DNA of 64,000 bases from Balamuthia mandrillaris (taxonomy: Eukaryota). This document shows positions 37,485 through 50,469 of the stretch, in pieces. The DNA lies in NCBI GenBank assembly GCA_031835245.2, contig JAVKOQ020000054.1, forward strand, positions 1 through 64,000, read 5' to 3'. The notes beneath the pieces were generated by a model. The model was not told the origin of the DNA. It searched no databases and was given only the letters and a program-made list of their open reading frames with translations. How positions within the stretch are numbered: position 1 is the stretch's first letter; each line of letters opens with the position of its first letter. The position numbers and the translations under genes are program-made.

Positions 37485-38085
37485 ACTCTCCTTCTCGTCT
37501 CTTCTCATCTCTTCATAGTTCTCTTCCTCGTTCTCTTCTCTTCTTCATTCTCCATCGATCTTTTTCTTTTTTTTCTCTTATTTATCGTTACTATCGACCA
37601 AAAAGCAATATTTATCGTATCCTAATTGATATATTTGACGTTGTTTGTTTTGTGATTGGCTGATGTCGATCTTGTCGACTTAATTAGGAATTACTATTTG
37701 TCGACTTTAATAAATTATGGCCGATCAACTCCGACAAAAAATAAAAAGAAAAGAAAGAAAAGCTCACGCGACGGGAGAGAAAGCTGAGTGGTCGATCTTT
37801 TAACGTTTCGGGAAAGATCGGCCCTACTGAACGCACAGTGCTCCAACCTAAAAGCTTTTTCCCCCCCCCGTGCTTCTTTCTTTCTTTCGTTCATTTTTAT
37901 TTTTGAGGTTTGTCATTTTTGTCAATAATCTAGGGGCTGCTTGTCATCTCCTGGCTCGAAAGCAAAACGGAGAAGAGCGAGAGAGAAGCTCTGCTTCGTT
38001 TTGATGCTTTAGGTTCTTTTTTTGTAACAAAAAAGAAAGAAACGAACGGAAGAAACAGCGGGACTAAAGAGAAGAGAACACCATA

Positions 38086-41000
38086 ATGGAAGACGAATTA
38101 GAAGACGAAGAGTTCTTTCAAGAGGAAGAGGACGAATATGAAGACGAGGAAGAAAACTCGGAAGAGGAGGACGGTGATGGCGAAGGAGGAGGCCTTACCA
38201 ACGGTGGCGAGGTGGACCATGACCACGAAGAGGACGAAGAAACGGACGAGTTTGACTATTTGCAAGTCTTTGCCAACACCATACACACTCTGCGTCCGTT
38301 CTTTCTCTTTCTCTCTTCTTGCGCTCCTCTTCTGCTGCTCTGCCTTTGCTAGCTTCTCTCCCTCACCCTGCTTAGCCAGTGCCTCTCTTACCTGCGTCTC
38401 TCTCGTTTTCATACAAATAAACAGGAAAAGAAAGCGAGAAGGTCGGAGGCAATGGACAGAGCTTGCCTTTTTTGGACGACCTGGAAGCCGTCTACAAATG
38501 TTTCCAGGACCGGGAGGCCAACTTCAAAGTGGCCGTCGAGATCGGCCAGATGCTCGTCGAGAAGAACAAACAGCTGATGGAGGGAGAGAAGCCATGGCAG
38601 GAGAAAGTGATGGCACAACAGGAGCAGCTCGACACGATCAGCAAGGCCAAGGAGGAGGCCAACAGGAAGTTGGAGGAGTTGGAGCTGAAAAGGCAGTTGC
38701 TCAAGGCCAAGAACAAGTCCTCAGAGGAAACGAGGGTGAAGCTGTTGGAGTACGTCAAGGAAATGGAGGAAGAGGTGCAGCGGTGCAAGAAAGAAGTGAC
38801 GGAGAGCTTAGAGTTCAAGAGAGAGACGCGCATTCTTAGTCAACAGTTGGAAAAGCTGAAAGAGGAGAGCGAAGCTCTGAAGGAACAAAAGGAGACGCTG
38901 CAAAAACAGAACAGTCATCTGAAGAACGAGCTGGAAGAATTGCGTGAGAGCGAGGAGCAGCTGAGCAAAGCCAAAGGACTGCTAGAGGCCCGAGTGAAGG
39001 AGTTGAACGAGGAGCTAGCCTCCATGCTACACCTCAAGGAAATCCACGCAAAGCTCAAGAAGAAGGCCGCTCGCCTTGCCAAAGAGAACGCAGAGCTTGT
39101 GAACTACCGCGAGGAGAACCGCGAGCTGAAGCAGCTCATCCTCTCTTTGGCCAAAGAGAAGGATATGATGGCCAAGCAACGTCTGCGTGACCAAACCATC
39201 TACGAGGAGGCCTTGGAGACCATTCGTAGCTTGAGAGAGATCATCACTGGCAGACAGATATTCCTGAAAAACCACGGGCTCGAGGGAGATATCTCCATTC
39301 AAGACTTTCACAAGCTCTCCATCTTTGAGCAGATGGAGAATGGCGTGCTTAAGATACTCAACAACAAAAACCTCAGCAAGGATGACATGGAAAGAGCTCT
39401 GGAACAAGAAATCAAAAGGACAGTGCGACAATACTTGCGCAATGGTGGACAGATGGACTTGCCTCCACGTGCGTTGAGCGAGGAGCTGACACAGAACGAC
39501 GAAGAGGAGAAAGCAGCAAAGAACAAAGATGAGGAAGACCAAGTTCAAGCGAAAGAACAGCGACAAGAACCAGAGTCAACTGAAAAGGCAAAAGAGAGCG
39601 AGGAAGAGGAAGAAAAAGAAAAAGAAGACAAAGAGTTTGTGGAGGAATTGGAGAGACAGATCAAGCTGGAGATGGAGGAGAGAGGCAAAGAGTTGGCCGC
39701 ACAAACAGGAGATGCTTTGCGGCACAGCGGTAACTTTGCCAATGTTGGAGATTGGGTGTCTCATGCGCAGGCAAACATCGCCAAGTGGAAAGCCGAGAAG
39801 GAGAAGCACAAGGAAGAAAGAGAAGAAGTGGAGTTGGAGATCACTAAAATTCGTATCCGAAGTACGTCTTCTCCTCAGCTGAACAAAGGGAAGAAACAGA
39901 AGAATAAGGGCAAGGAGAAGGATAATGAACAGGGAGATGAAGCGAAAGAAGTAGAAGAAGAAGAAGAAGCAGAAGAAGAAGAACTACTAGAACATCCACC
40001 AACGCCACGACCGACAAGATCCGCCTCGTCTGATTCGATGATGCTTTTGGAAGGAAGCGCAATAGATCTCACTAACTTGAGGGTGGAAGACAGTTTGACA
40101 ATAGACGAAGAAGACCCTCGGCGCTCGTTATCGGGTGATGAAGCTCGGAAAGCTAAAGGTAAAGAAAGAGAAGGAGAGAAACAGAAAAGGAGGGCAAAAC
40201 AAACAACGGAAGAGAACATGAGATTGATGGAACGTGATGACGACTACGACTATGACTTAGATGCAACCAACAACAAAGGCATCGAAGCTATCGTTCACGA
40301 CATTCATCGGAAGAAGGAGTTGGAGAAAGGTCGAAGAAGTCGATATCTCCTTCGGCGGCGGTACGGTACGGCACCTCCCGGCATGTTCTCTCAAGGCCAC
40401 AAACGCAGCGCTAGCACTCCCAACTTGTTAGCCTTCAACCCCAAAGGCCGTTCATCTTTTTCATCTTCTTCTGCTCGTCAACAGCAGCACCCATATGAAC
40501 AAACACACACTGCTATTCATCGACAGACTCATATGTACACTTCCACAGAAGAATCGGCACAACTTTGTGGCAACACTTCGTTCTTGCAACCGATTGAGCT
40601 TGGAGCGAGCTCTGAAGCGTTGTTACTCAGAGGGGAAGACATCATCATCGGCGTTCATGATGATGAGACGCAAGATCATGTACCGACGGATGCAGCAACA
40701 GCCGCTTCGTTGATGATGGAAGGAGAGATGAGCATCGGGGAGGAAGTTATGGACGCTATACAGAAGGAAGAGGAAGAAAAGGCCAAACAGCAGCGCAAAC
40801 TGAAACGAAAACAACGCAAGCAACGCATCGCAGAGTTGGAAGCAAAGGAAACAGAGTTGGAGGAACGAATAAAACAAGAGCAGACGGAAAAGGAAAGACT
40901 CAAACGAGAACTGGAAGAGGCTTTAGAAGAAGCGAGAGCGGAAGTGAATCGCTGCGAAACTCGGTTGGTGGAAGAAGAGAGAGCTCATGAGGATCGTCTT

Positions 41001-44000
41001 TCACGTCTGAGAGAGGTGATGGAGGATCGGGTGGCAAAGTTAGAAGCCAGCGATTATGCACGCAAGCTCAAAGTGACAAAGCTAAAGACCAAAGTTGGAG
41101 AGCTTGAAGAGGAGTTGAAAAAAGCGCGTCAAGACTTGGGCGCTCGCATGGAAGAAGCCAAGCAACGGTACCAAGAGTTGGAAAGAAATAAAACCGAGCA
41201 AGTGGAGCGTTTACAGCGTGACTTGGATGAGAAGGAGACGTTGTTGCAGGAAACGAGGCAACAATTGCAACGAACACAGCGCGAAGTTGAAGAAGTAAAC
41301 GCATCACTGAGCAAAGAGAAAGAACGAAGCAGAGAGTTGGCACAAACTTTGGCTGACAGAGAACGAGACTTTCGTAAGCAGCTTTCTCAAAGGGAGGAGC
41401 AGGAGAAGAAACGCTTGGAAGCGGGAGAAGCAGCTTTGGAGAGCTCTCGAGACGAGTTGGAAAGAGAAAGAACCCGCTCGAAGGAGCTGCACTCCAGTTT
41501 GGCACAAAGCGAGGAAGCACTTTCGCAACAACGAACTTTAGTGGAGGCTTTGCAGCAACAACTCTCAGAGCAGCAACAGCAAATCCAACAAAGGGAGGAG
41601 CAACTCAATTCCAACAAAGAGACAACAGAGGAAAGCTCTCGTTTGTTGGAAGCTCAACAAAAGGAAAAGCTCATGCTAGAAGAAGAGCTGAAGGAGGAGA
41701 GAGCTCGGTTGCAACATCTAGAACAACTGTTGGCGGAGGAGCGAGCGGCCAAAGATGGTTTGGTTGCTGCCCTTCAAAAACAGTTGGACGAAGAAAGAGA
41801 ACTTACTGCTGAGATGAGAAGCAGAAGAGAGGAAGAGCACCACAAAGAAATGGAGGAAGAGAGACTGAAATGGAAGAAAACGGCAGAAGAAGAGAAGCAA
41901 AAAATGACAGAAATACACCAGAAGGAGATGGAAGAAGAGAGACAAACGAAAGAAGAAGCAATAAAAGCAGAAGAAGTGGAGCACAACAAGCGAAAAGCGC
42001 TAGAATCGGCGCTCGAAGCAGAGACGACAATACTTCGAGACACGGAGAACACTCTTTGTGAGGAACGAGAACGCAGGAAGCAGTTAGAGCAAGAGCTGCT
42101 GCTGCTTCGTCAGCAACTCGTCTCTCAAAAGGAACAACACGAGGAGGCCATTCGCTCAGCGGCGCTTCGAAGCGGATCTGCAGAAGATGCCCTGAATGAG
42201 GAGCGACGAAAGAGGGAAGAAGAAGCGAACGGTTTTGTAGAAAGAATGGACGCGGTGAAGAAAGAGATGGAAGAACGGTTGAGAAAAGAGGATGAAGCAA
42301 GGAAAGCGGCGGAAGGAAGTGTTGTTGAAATGAAACAACGGCTTGAAGCGAAGGAGAAAGAGTGGAACGAGGAGAGAGAACGAGCGGAGAGAGAAGCGCA
42401 AGAGAAACTGGAGGAAGAAAGACGAACGAACCAAACTTTGAAGGAAGCATTACAAAGTGCACAACAAGAAAGCGAATTGCGGATCAAAGAAGAGAAAGAA
42501 AAGGAAGAACAGTTGCGGCTGGAAGTAGAGGAAGCGAAACGAAAGAACGAGCAACTGACAGAAGAACTGACTACAGAGAGACAGCGGAGAGAGAAAGCAG
42601 AAGAAAACGCTGAACGTGAGCGTACAGAGGCAGAAGCGCGAGCGAAAGAGGCGGAAGCTTTGCAGCAGAAGATGAAAAAATCAAGAGAACAATTGGAAAA
42701 GAACCGCAGCGCTTTGCAGAGCGAAAAAGACCAGCATGAAGCAGAGAGAAAGAAGCTGGAAGCGGAGAAAGCCGCTTTCGCGGGAGAGAAACAAAAGATT
42801 CTGGAGAAAGAGAAAACATTGAAGCACTCCGAAAAACGGAGGAAGAAGGAGGAAAGAAAGTTAAAAGCGAGAATCGCGAAACACGAAGCAACGGAGAAAG
42901 AGTTCTACGAGCGGCAAAAGGACTCGGAGCTGAAGATGAGCGAAGCATGGGAAAAGTTTTGGGAGGAGCAAGAGAAGTACCAGGAGAAAGCGCTGAAAGA
43001 GAACAGAGAGGTCGCGCAACTGCAGGAACAGCTCTCTCGCAGTGCCGAACAAGTGCTTCAACTGCAGCAGTTGAAGCAGAGCAATGAGGAGGAGATCCAA
43101 CGGTTGCAAAAGGAAGTGGCCCGACTGCAGCAGGAGCTCAAAGAACAAGGCCGTGCCTCTCGCTTGGAGAGAGAGACGAGCATGAGGGCTTTGAAGCAGA
43201 CCAAAGAGGAGCTGGAGAGATTGGAGCAGGAAAGACAAGAGCTGGAAGCGGCCAAGCAGAGAATTGCTAAGATGGAACAGGAGCAACAGAAGGAAAGAGA
43301 GGAGTGGGAGAAGAAAGCGGAGAAAGAAAGAGAGCAACAAAAAAGAGAACAAGAGAAAGCGGAGCAAGAGAGAGCGAAACGAGAACGAGAAGAACGCGAA
43401 CGAGCGGAACGCGAAAAAGCTGCGCGCGAACGAGCTGAAGCTGAAGCTGCCGCAAACAAAAAGAAAGAAGAAAACGAAAAGAAGAAGAAGAAGAAAAAGA
43501 AGAAGAGCCTCAACAACGCTGTGCAGAACAAGTCCTCGCAGCTGCTGAAAGAGTTTGTCAAAGCCGCCAACGAAGAGCTCGAAATAGCAATGGAGCTTGC
43601 ACGAGAGGCAGGTCCCGTTGTGGAACTCATGCCAGAGGATACCACCGACCGACAACAAAGAAAAGGAGCCGCTCGCAAAGCCGTTTCGAACCTTCACTCG
43701 CTCTCCACAAAAGTAAAAGAATGCATCGAAGCCGCGTTGGAGGATCCTTCGGATATCCACCTGCAGCACAAGCTCCTCACCACCCAGAAGAATTTGGGAT
43801 TGGCCATTCAAAAGGTGGTCTTCCTGACGACGAACAGCGCGGATGCTTCCTCGAGCAAAGAGCTGGAAGAGGCTATGAAACAGATGGCCAGTGCCACTGG
43901 CTCCGACTTTGATGGAGAAGAGGAGGAGCAAGAACAAGGCGAAGGAGGAGGAAGCGCGGGCGGTGGTGCAGCTCCCCGGAAGAAACGTTTGGAACGGACG

Positions 44001-44748
44001 CTATCGACGTTGATCATGGGTCCGGCTTCTTTAACATCTAGCGGCACTTTCTCCACCCCTGCCATGGCCTCTGGTCGACATGGTGGCGGGGCCAGCGGCA
44101 ATGCTGCGGAACAAGGAGAAGGAGCACCGAATCTGGAGGGTATGACAGTGCTGATGGCAGCTCAGGAAACTATTGAACAACTGGAAGAACACTTTTTGTT
44201 GGACGAGGACGATGCTGTTGTTACCGGGCAAGGCGGCAGTGGTCGTGCTAGAAGCGCCTCTTTGAAACGAAGCCCAGGGCGTGACTCGGACTTACTACGA
44301 GTGGCGAAGCTCATCCTTGAAATGGTCAAAAAGTTTGCCCATCTGCTTCGTCAAGTGGCCTCCCAAACCGATGACACTCAGTTCCGGAAAGAACTCTTTG
44401 AATACGCAAGTACGTTTCTCTTCATCGTTCTCTTCGTCATTCTCTTCTCCTCGTCGTTCTCTTCTCTCTCCCTCTCCCTCCTTTTGTTTCTTTGCCATAA
44501 CTTGAAATACAATAACAGGGATATTGCCAGATCGTGCACTGCAACTGAAGATTATAGCAGCTGTAAAGACATCAAACGAGGACAGCAGCACGAACCAGAT
44601 AAGCCGGGCGGCACAAGGCCTTCGCAACTCTATTCAGGAGGTGGTGGACGTGCTGTGCGCAGCTTCCCTCAAGAAGAGGTTGGCAGCCACCATCAACCAA
44701 GTCTCCGCCTTGAAGAATGTGATGAGCGCATGGAAAAAAGCTCTTTGA
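38086..44748 (+). CDS. Giant coiled-coil protein with CC1-box-like N-terminus and vinculin/alpha-catenin-like tail; introns ~38294-38424 and 44410-44518
   Basis: 2143-aa ORF with AVEIGQMLVEKNKQL; spliced tail VASQTDDTQFRKEL...LPDRALQLKIIAAVK...AQGLRNSIQEVV...AASLK. Confidence 0.8.
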
Positions 44749-44832
44749 AACTGTTCCCATCGTTTTCGCTTCCTCCCTTTCTCTTCTTTCTCCTCTTTAT
44801 TCTCTTGTCGTTATTCATTCGCTTTTCGTTTA

Positions 44833-45637
44833 TCACAAGCTTGACACAAAATGTGAAGAAGATCGGAACGATGAGCAACTGGAAAAAGGGGTGAGAGAAG
44901 GAGGAACAAGCGGCAAAGCGTTGGACCAAGCGAAGCAAGCACCTAAAGTGTTGCTCGTGCTTCCCTCCATTCCCCCATCCAACAGAGCATAGGCAACGTC
45001 GCATGAGGATTCGTTCTCTTCGTACAATGGAGCAATCTCGATGAACAAAGGTCCTTCTGGGACCGCTTCATCCTCCTTCAACCACACGACCACCCGAATG
45101 GGAGAGTCGGGCCACCGATACGCAACACAATTGTTGTTGTGTTTGGCGTTGGTAGAGGTGAGATGTTCTTCTTGACCTCCAAGAAGTGTGCTCCAAAGCT
45201 TTCGTGCGTCGGGCAACATCCAAGCCACTGTGTGCAACGCCTTGACTGCTATTCCGTGTTTTGGTCTCTCTGCTGAATAGTCTATCTGCAGACACGATAA
45301 AAAAACTCAGTATCAGTGCACAGAGAAAGAGAAAAGAGAGAATCATTGAAAGAGAGGAGCAGAGAAGAAGATGAAAGAAGAGAGATGAGAGAGAACACCT
45401 TATGCTTCTTAAAGTATGCCAAAGGAACGTAACCATAGTCAAGTTCAGGGTGAGACTCTGCGAGTTGAATGACAACGCCAAGACCTCTCTGTTGAGGATA
45501 CAGGAATGCTTCTTTCCAACTTGGAATGTCGGTTCTTACCCCTACCACCTTTCGGGTTAAATGAACGACAACGTGAGCAAACAGAAATGTGAAGCAGAAG
45601 ACACAGAAGAACAAGAACGAAATAGATCGAAACGACA

Positions 45638-45668
<31 letters not shown>

Positions 45669-46559
45669 AAGAACAAGAAGAAGAAGAACAAGAAGAAGAA
45701 CAAGAACAAGAACAAGAACAAGAACAAGAACAAGAACAAGAACAAGAACAAGAACAAGAACAAGAACAAGAACAAGAACAAGAACAAGAACAAGAACAAG
45801 AACAAGAACAAGAACAAGAACAAGAACAAGAACAAGAACAAGAACAAGAACAAGAACAAGAACAAGAACAAGAACAAGAACAAGAACAAGAACAAGAACA
45901 AGAACAAGAACAAGAACAAGAACAAGAACAAGAACAAGAACAAGAACAAGAACAAGAACATAAGACAACATAAGACAACAACATGAACAAGAACAAGAAC
46001 GAAGAAAAAGAATATCTAGCAAAAGAAGAAGCAGGTGGGGAAGAACGAAAGAAGTTACTTTATAACCGAGTGCTTCGGCTCGTGCGACAGCTTTCTCCAA
46101 ACAAGGTACTTTGAAAGTTACGTGATGGACCCGCGGTCCGCCTTTGCTCCGCAAGTACCTCACCACAAAGTTTCGTTCATACTCCCTGGCAAACAATACA
46201 AAACAGTTAACAAATGGAAGACAGAAAAAAAAAGAGTTCACACATACTCGGCACTCAGCTCGGAATGGGGAGTGATGACTTCGAGTTTTGCGCCGTTGCC
46301 AAACTTCCACTGAGCAAAGTCAAAGGTCGGAGCACGATCGGCGTCATGTGGGATGCCGCCCCATCGCCCTTCCAGCAACTCTCCTAAAGAGGTTATAGAG
46401 GGAGGGAGAGAGAGAGAGAGAGAGAGGCGTTACATAAGCAAATGTCTTTTTTTTTTCGGAAGGATGATGAAAGCAACCCGCTTTGCTCAGGTCGTTCACT
46501 GCGCAAGAGATGTGATCCAACAAGATTCGCGGAGGAGGAGGAGAGCCTTCTTCTTCCAT
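44833..46559 (-). CDS. VOC/glyoxalase-family (methylmalonyl-CoA epimerase-like) protein, multi-exon
   Basis: LDHISCAV, KLEVITP, GPRVHHVTFKV, WKEAFLYP, VVIQLAE. Confidence 0.78.
45639..45960. repeat. (AAG)n-(AAGAAC)n intronic microsatellite
   Basis: Tandem hexamer array in a VOC gene intron. Confidence 0.95.
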
Positions 46560-46664
46560 TCTTTTTTTCGTTGGTGTTGAATTGTCGACCAGAAAAAACA
46601 ATAGCACTAGAATGAAGGGAGAGGAGGGCGAGAACAATCCTCCAACCCTTTGCTCATGCAACCA

Positions 46665-46786
46665 ACCTGCGACCTATCTACTTCAACCAACTTGACAGTC
46701 AAGCCTTGCCGAGGAAGTTTGCTCGGCTCGGCCAGAGCAAGCGAAGGAAAGACGGGAGAGGTTGCAGCGACGATGCGATGTGTGAA
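46665..46786 (+). pseudogene. Collapsed remnant of an LRR family gene
   Basis: Fragments TCDLS, ALPRKFARL and ERLQRRCDV match the neighbouring LRR genes. Confidence 0.6.
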
Positions 46787-47020
46787 CGGAATGCCCCTGT
46801 TTTTTTGGTGGTGCGAACAGCTGAACTAGAGACACGTCAAGGAGTCTTGAGGAAATGAAAGGAGAAACCAAAGAGCACGACCCAAGATGAGCACTTTCAA
46901 TGAAGGTTATTCGAGAAGAGAGAAAAGCGAGCCAGAGAAGAGAGCACGAAGCAAGAAGGGGAGCAGGGCTAATAAGTAACTTAATAACCGACAAAGAAGA
47001 AGAAGAAGAAGAAAGGGCAG

Positions 47021-48719
47021 ATGGCATCAGGGTCAGGCGGTGAGGAAGAAGAGTTTTCAGCAGAGGAGGCAGAGGACAGCAAAACCCTTTCTCCCTTCCT
47101 TCAAGCCGTTACCACCTCCTGCGACCTCTCCAGCAACAGCTTGCCTAAGTTGCCGAGCACATTTGGGCTGCTGACCGCCCTCACCCACTGCGACCTCTCC
47201 TGCAACAAGTTAACGGCCTTGCCCGCCGAGTTTGGCCAGCTCACCGCTCTCACCCATTGCTGCCTCTGGGGTAACCGGTTGAAAGTCTTGCCGGGAGAGT
47301 TTGGGCAGCTGACGGCCCTCACCCGCTGCGACCTCCACGAGAACAAACTGAAGAGCTTGCCCACCGAGTTTGGTCGGCTGACCGCCCTCACCCACCTCAA
47401 CCTCAGCAAAAACTTCGGCCTGAAAGCTTTGCCCTCTGAGTTTGGCCAGCTGACGGCCCTCACCCGTTGCAACCTCTCCAGCAACAAGTTGAGGCGTTTG
47501 CCAAGGGAGTTTGGCCGGCTGACCGCCCTCACCCGTTGCGACCTCTCCCACAACGGCTTGAGGGCCTTGCCACGGGAGTTTGGCCAGCTCTCTTCCTTGC
47601 ACACCCTCGCCCTGGCCTCCAACAATTTGACGGCCTTGCCAGGAGAGCTTGGCCGGCTGACCGCCCTCACCCGTTGCGACCTCAACGAAAACTACAAGTT
47701 TGAGGGCTTTGCCAAAGGAGTTTGGCCAGCTCTCTTCCTTGCACACTCTCGTCCTGGCCTCCAACAAGCTGACGGCCTTGCCGAGAGAATTCGGTCAGCT
47801 CACCTCCCTCACGGATTGCTATCTCTGCTGCACAGATGCTTCCCTCTACCACCGGGAGCTCAATCGCTTGGCTGCACTGCCATCCTCCGCCTTTCAGCTT
47901 CTCCCTTTGTTTAACTCTGACATCTGTTCTCAGCCCTGTGCGAAGAAGGAGACCAAGCAGACCAAGCAGAGAAGAGCAACAAAGGGCAACAGAGGAAATG
48001 GGAGTGTGAAAAGTTTGTGGGATTTGGCTGGAGAGGCGGTGCTGAGAAACCAGCTTTTGCCGACAGGCATGTTGGCCCCTGTTCCTCAATTGCCTTTCAC
48101 TTGGCCTGCTTCTTCTCTGCGCCTAGAACCCGAAAATAAAGTTGAAGACGAAGAAGAAGATTATGAAGACGAAGAAGAAGAAGAAGAAGAAGAAGAAGAA
48201 GAACAAGAAGAAGAAGAAGAAGAAGAAGAAGAACAAGAACAAGAACAAGAACAAGAACAAGAAGAACAAGAAGAACAAGAAGAGGATGAAGAACAAGAAC
48301 AAGAAGTGTACGAAGCAAGCGCTGAAGACGAATTTGAAGAAATAGAAGTAATAGAAGTCGAAGAGGAAAAAGAAGAAGAAGAAGAAGAAGAAGAAGAAGA
48401 AGAAGAACGAGAAGAACAAGAAGGAGAAGGAGAAGAACAGCAACAACAGCAGCAGCAAGTGAAAGCAAAAGACGAAGCAAGTGTGGAGTGGATGGTACTG
48501 CCAGAGGAAGTGACGGAAAGACTGGAAAGGTTGCAGCAACGATGCGATGTGTGTGAATGTCTGTTTTTGGAGACAACGAGAGAAGAGGAGGAAGAAGGAA
48601 GAAGAGGGAGGCTTGTGCGAAGATATTGGGACAAGGAAAGAGAAGTGTGGTGGGAGTTGTTGTGCTGCAGCCAAAGGTGCTTGACTTCGCCTCTTCCTGG
48701 CTCTTTGCTTGAACTTTGA
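47021..48719 (+). CDS. LRR protein copy 1 (~11 LRRs, BC-box-like motif, Cys-rich tail); 1-nt frameshift at ~47700
   Basis: 23-aa LRRs; SLWDLAGEAVL; poly-Glu; RCDVCEC...LLCCSQRCL. AAGTTTGAGG here versus AAGTTGAGG in a sister repeat. Confidence 0.85.
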
Positions 48720-48976
48720 AAGGAATAATTTTCAACATTACGCCCTTTCTTTGAATGGAGAAGAGACCACTCGAAACAAAAGTCTTTTAAAGAAGAAAAC
48801 AAAGAGTACAACCCAAGATTGGTGCTTTGCAAGCCCAACGCCAAGCGTTCTGCTTTTCCTCTCGGCAGACACCAGAAGCAAATGATCCTGGAAGCGAGCA
48901 CGAAGCAAGAAGGGGAACAGGGCTAATTAATAACTTATTGACATAGAAGAAGAACAAGAAGAAGAAGAAAGGGCAG

Positions 48977-50305
48977 ATGGCATCAGGGTCAGGCGGTGAG
49001 GAAGAAGAGTTTTCAGCAGAGGAGGCGGAGGACAGCAAAACCCTTCGCTCCTTCCTCCGAGCCGTTGCCACCTCCTGCGACCTCTCCGCCAGCGAAGAAG
49101 AATTGACCAAGTTGCCGAGCACATTTGGGCAGCTGACCGCCCTCACCGACCTCGACCTCAACGAATGGGACCTGGAAGCCTTGCCCCCAGAAGTTGGGCA
49201 GCTGACGGCCCTCACCCGCTGCGACCTCGGCGGGAACCTATTGAAGAGGTTGCCTGCCGAGTTTGGCCGGCTGACCGCCCTCACCCACCTCGCCCTTAGC
49301 AGCAACCAGCTGAGGAGCTTGCCCCCCGAGTTTGGCCTTCTGTCCGCTCTTTCCTTCTGTGACCTCTCCTACAACAAGCTGACCAGCTTGCCTCCTTCCT
49401 TCGGCCAGCTGACCGCTCTCACGGAGTGCAACCTCTACTACAACAGCTTGAGGGCCTTGCCACGGGAGTTTGGCCAGCTCTCTTCCTTGCACACCCTCGT
49501 CCTGGCCTCCAACAAGCTGAGGGCCTTGCCGAGAGAATTCGGTCAGCTCACCTCCCTCACGGATTGCTATCTCTGCCGCACGGACGTTTCCCTCTACCAC
49601 CGGGAGCCCAATCGCTTGGCTGCGCTGCCCTCCTCCGCCTTTCAGCTTCTCCCTTTGTTTCGCTCCAACCTCCGCTATCAGCCCTGTGCGAAGAAGCAGG
49701 CCAAGCAGAGAGGAGCAACAAAGGGCAACAGGGGAAATGGGAGCGTGAAACGTTTGTGGCATTTGGCTGGAGAGGCGGTGCTGAGAAACCAGCTTTTGCC
49801 GACAGGCATGTTGGCCCCTGTTCCCGACTTGCCCTTCACTTGGCCTGCTTCTTCTCTGCAGGAGAAGGACCAAATAGAACAAGATGAAGATGGAGACGAA
49901 GAAGAAGAAGAAGAAGAAGAAGAAGAAGAAGAAGAAGAAGAAGAAGAAGAAGAAGAAGAAGAAGAAGAAGAAGAAGAAGGAGAAGAACAACAGCAGCAAC
50001 AGCAGCAAGTGGAAGCAAAAGACGAAGCAAATGTGGAGGGGATGGTGCTGCCGGAGGAAGTGAAGGAAAGACTGGAAAGGTTGCAACAACGATGCGACGT
50101 GTGTGAACACCTGTTTTTGGAAGCGGCCCCTGCGCAAGAAGAAATGGAAGAGGAAGCGGTGGAGGAAGAAGGAAGAGGGAGGCTTGTGCGAAGGTATTGG
50201 GACAAGGGAAGAAAAGTGTGGTGGGAGTTGTTGTGTTGCAGCCAAAGGTGCTTGACCAAGCCCCTTCCTGGCTCTTTGCTTGAACGTGGGCAGGAACAGA
50301 AGTAG
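48977..50305 (+). CDS. LRR protein copy 2 (~8 LRRs), intronless
   Basis: Tandem paralogue of copy 1, sharing upstream sequence, N-terminus and C-terminus. Confidence 0.9.
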   Translation: MASGSGGEEEEFSAEEAEDSKTLRSFLRAVATSCDLSASEEELTKLPSTFGQLTALTDLDLNEWDLEALPPEVGQLTALTRCDLGGNLLKRLPAEFGRLTALTHLALSSNQLRSLPPEFGLLSALSFCDLSYNKLTSLPPSFGQLTALTECNLYYNSLRALPREFGQLSSLHTLVLASNKLRALPREFGQLTSLTDCYLCRTDVSLYHREPNRLAALPSSAFQLLPLFRSNLRYQPCAKKQAKQRGATKGNRGNGSVKRLWHLAGEAVLRNQLLPTGMLAPVPDLPFTWPASSLQEKDQIEQDEDGDEEEEEEEEEEEEEEEEEEEEEEEEEEEGEEQQQQQQQVEAKDEANVEGMVLPEEVKERLERLQQRCDVCEHLFLEAAPAQEEMEEEAVEEEGRGRLVRRYWDKGRKVWWELLCCSQRCLTKPLPGSLLERGQEQK

Positions 50306-50469
50306 ATACGGAGTGCCAGTCTTCAAAGTTTTTATTTGTTTCTCAAGTGTTGCCACTAGTTGTTGTCGTAAAAGCATTCAACAACAAACACCGATAGATA
50401 AATAGATGGATAGAAAAGTGAGAGAGGAGGGAGAAGAGAGGGAGAGAAAGAAAGTAAAAAGAGAGGAGA

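Noticed and set aside
45282..46310. ORFs with LVLV/KNKN/RTRT repeats
   Set aside because: Produced by the (AAGAAC)n intron repeat; only the flanking exons are coding.
47100..47800. CRISPR-like array (constant ~28-nt repeat with variable spacers)
   Set aside because: The period is 69 bp, in frame, and encodes LRRs; there are no cas genes.
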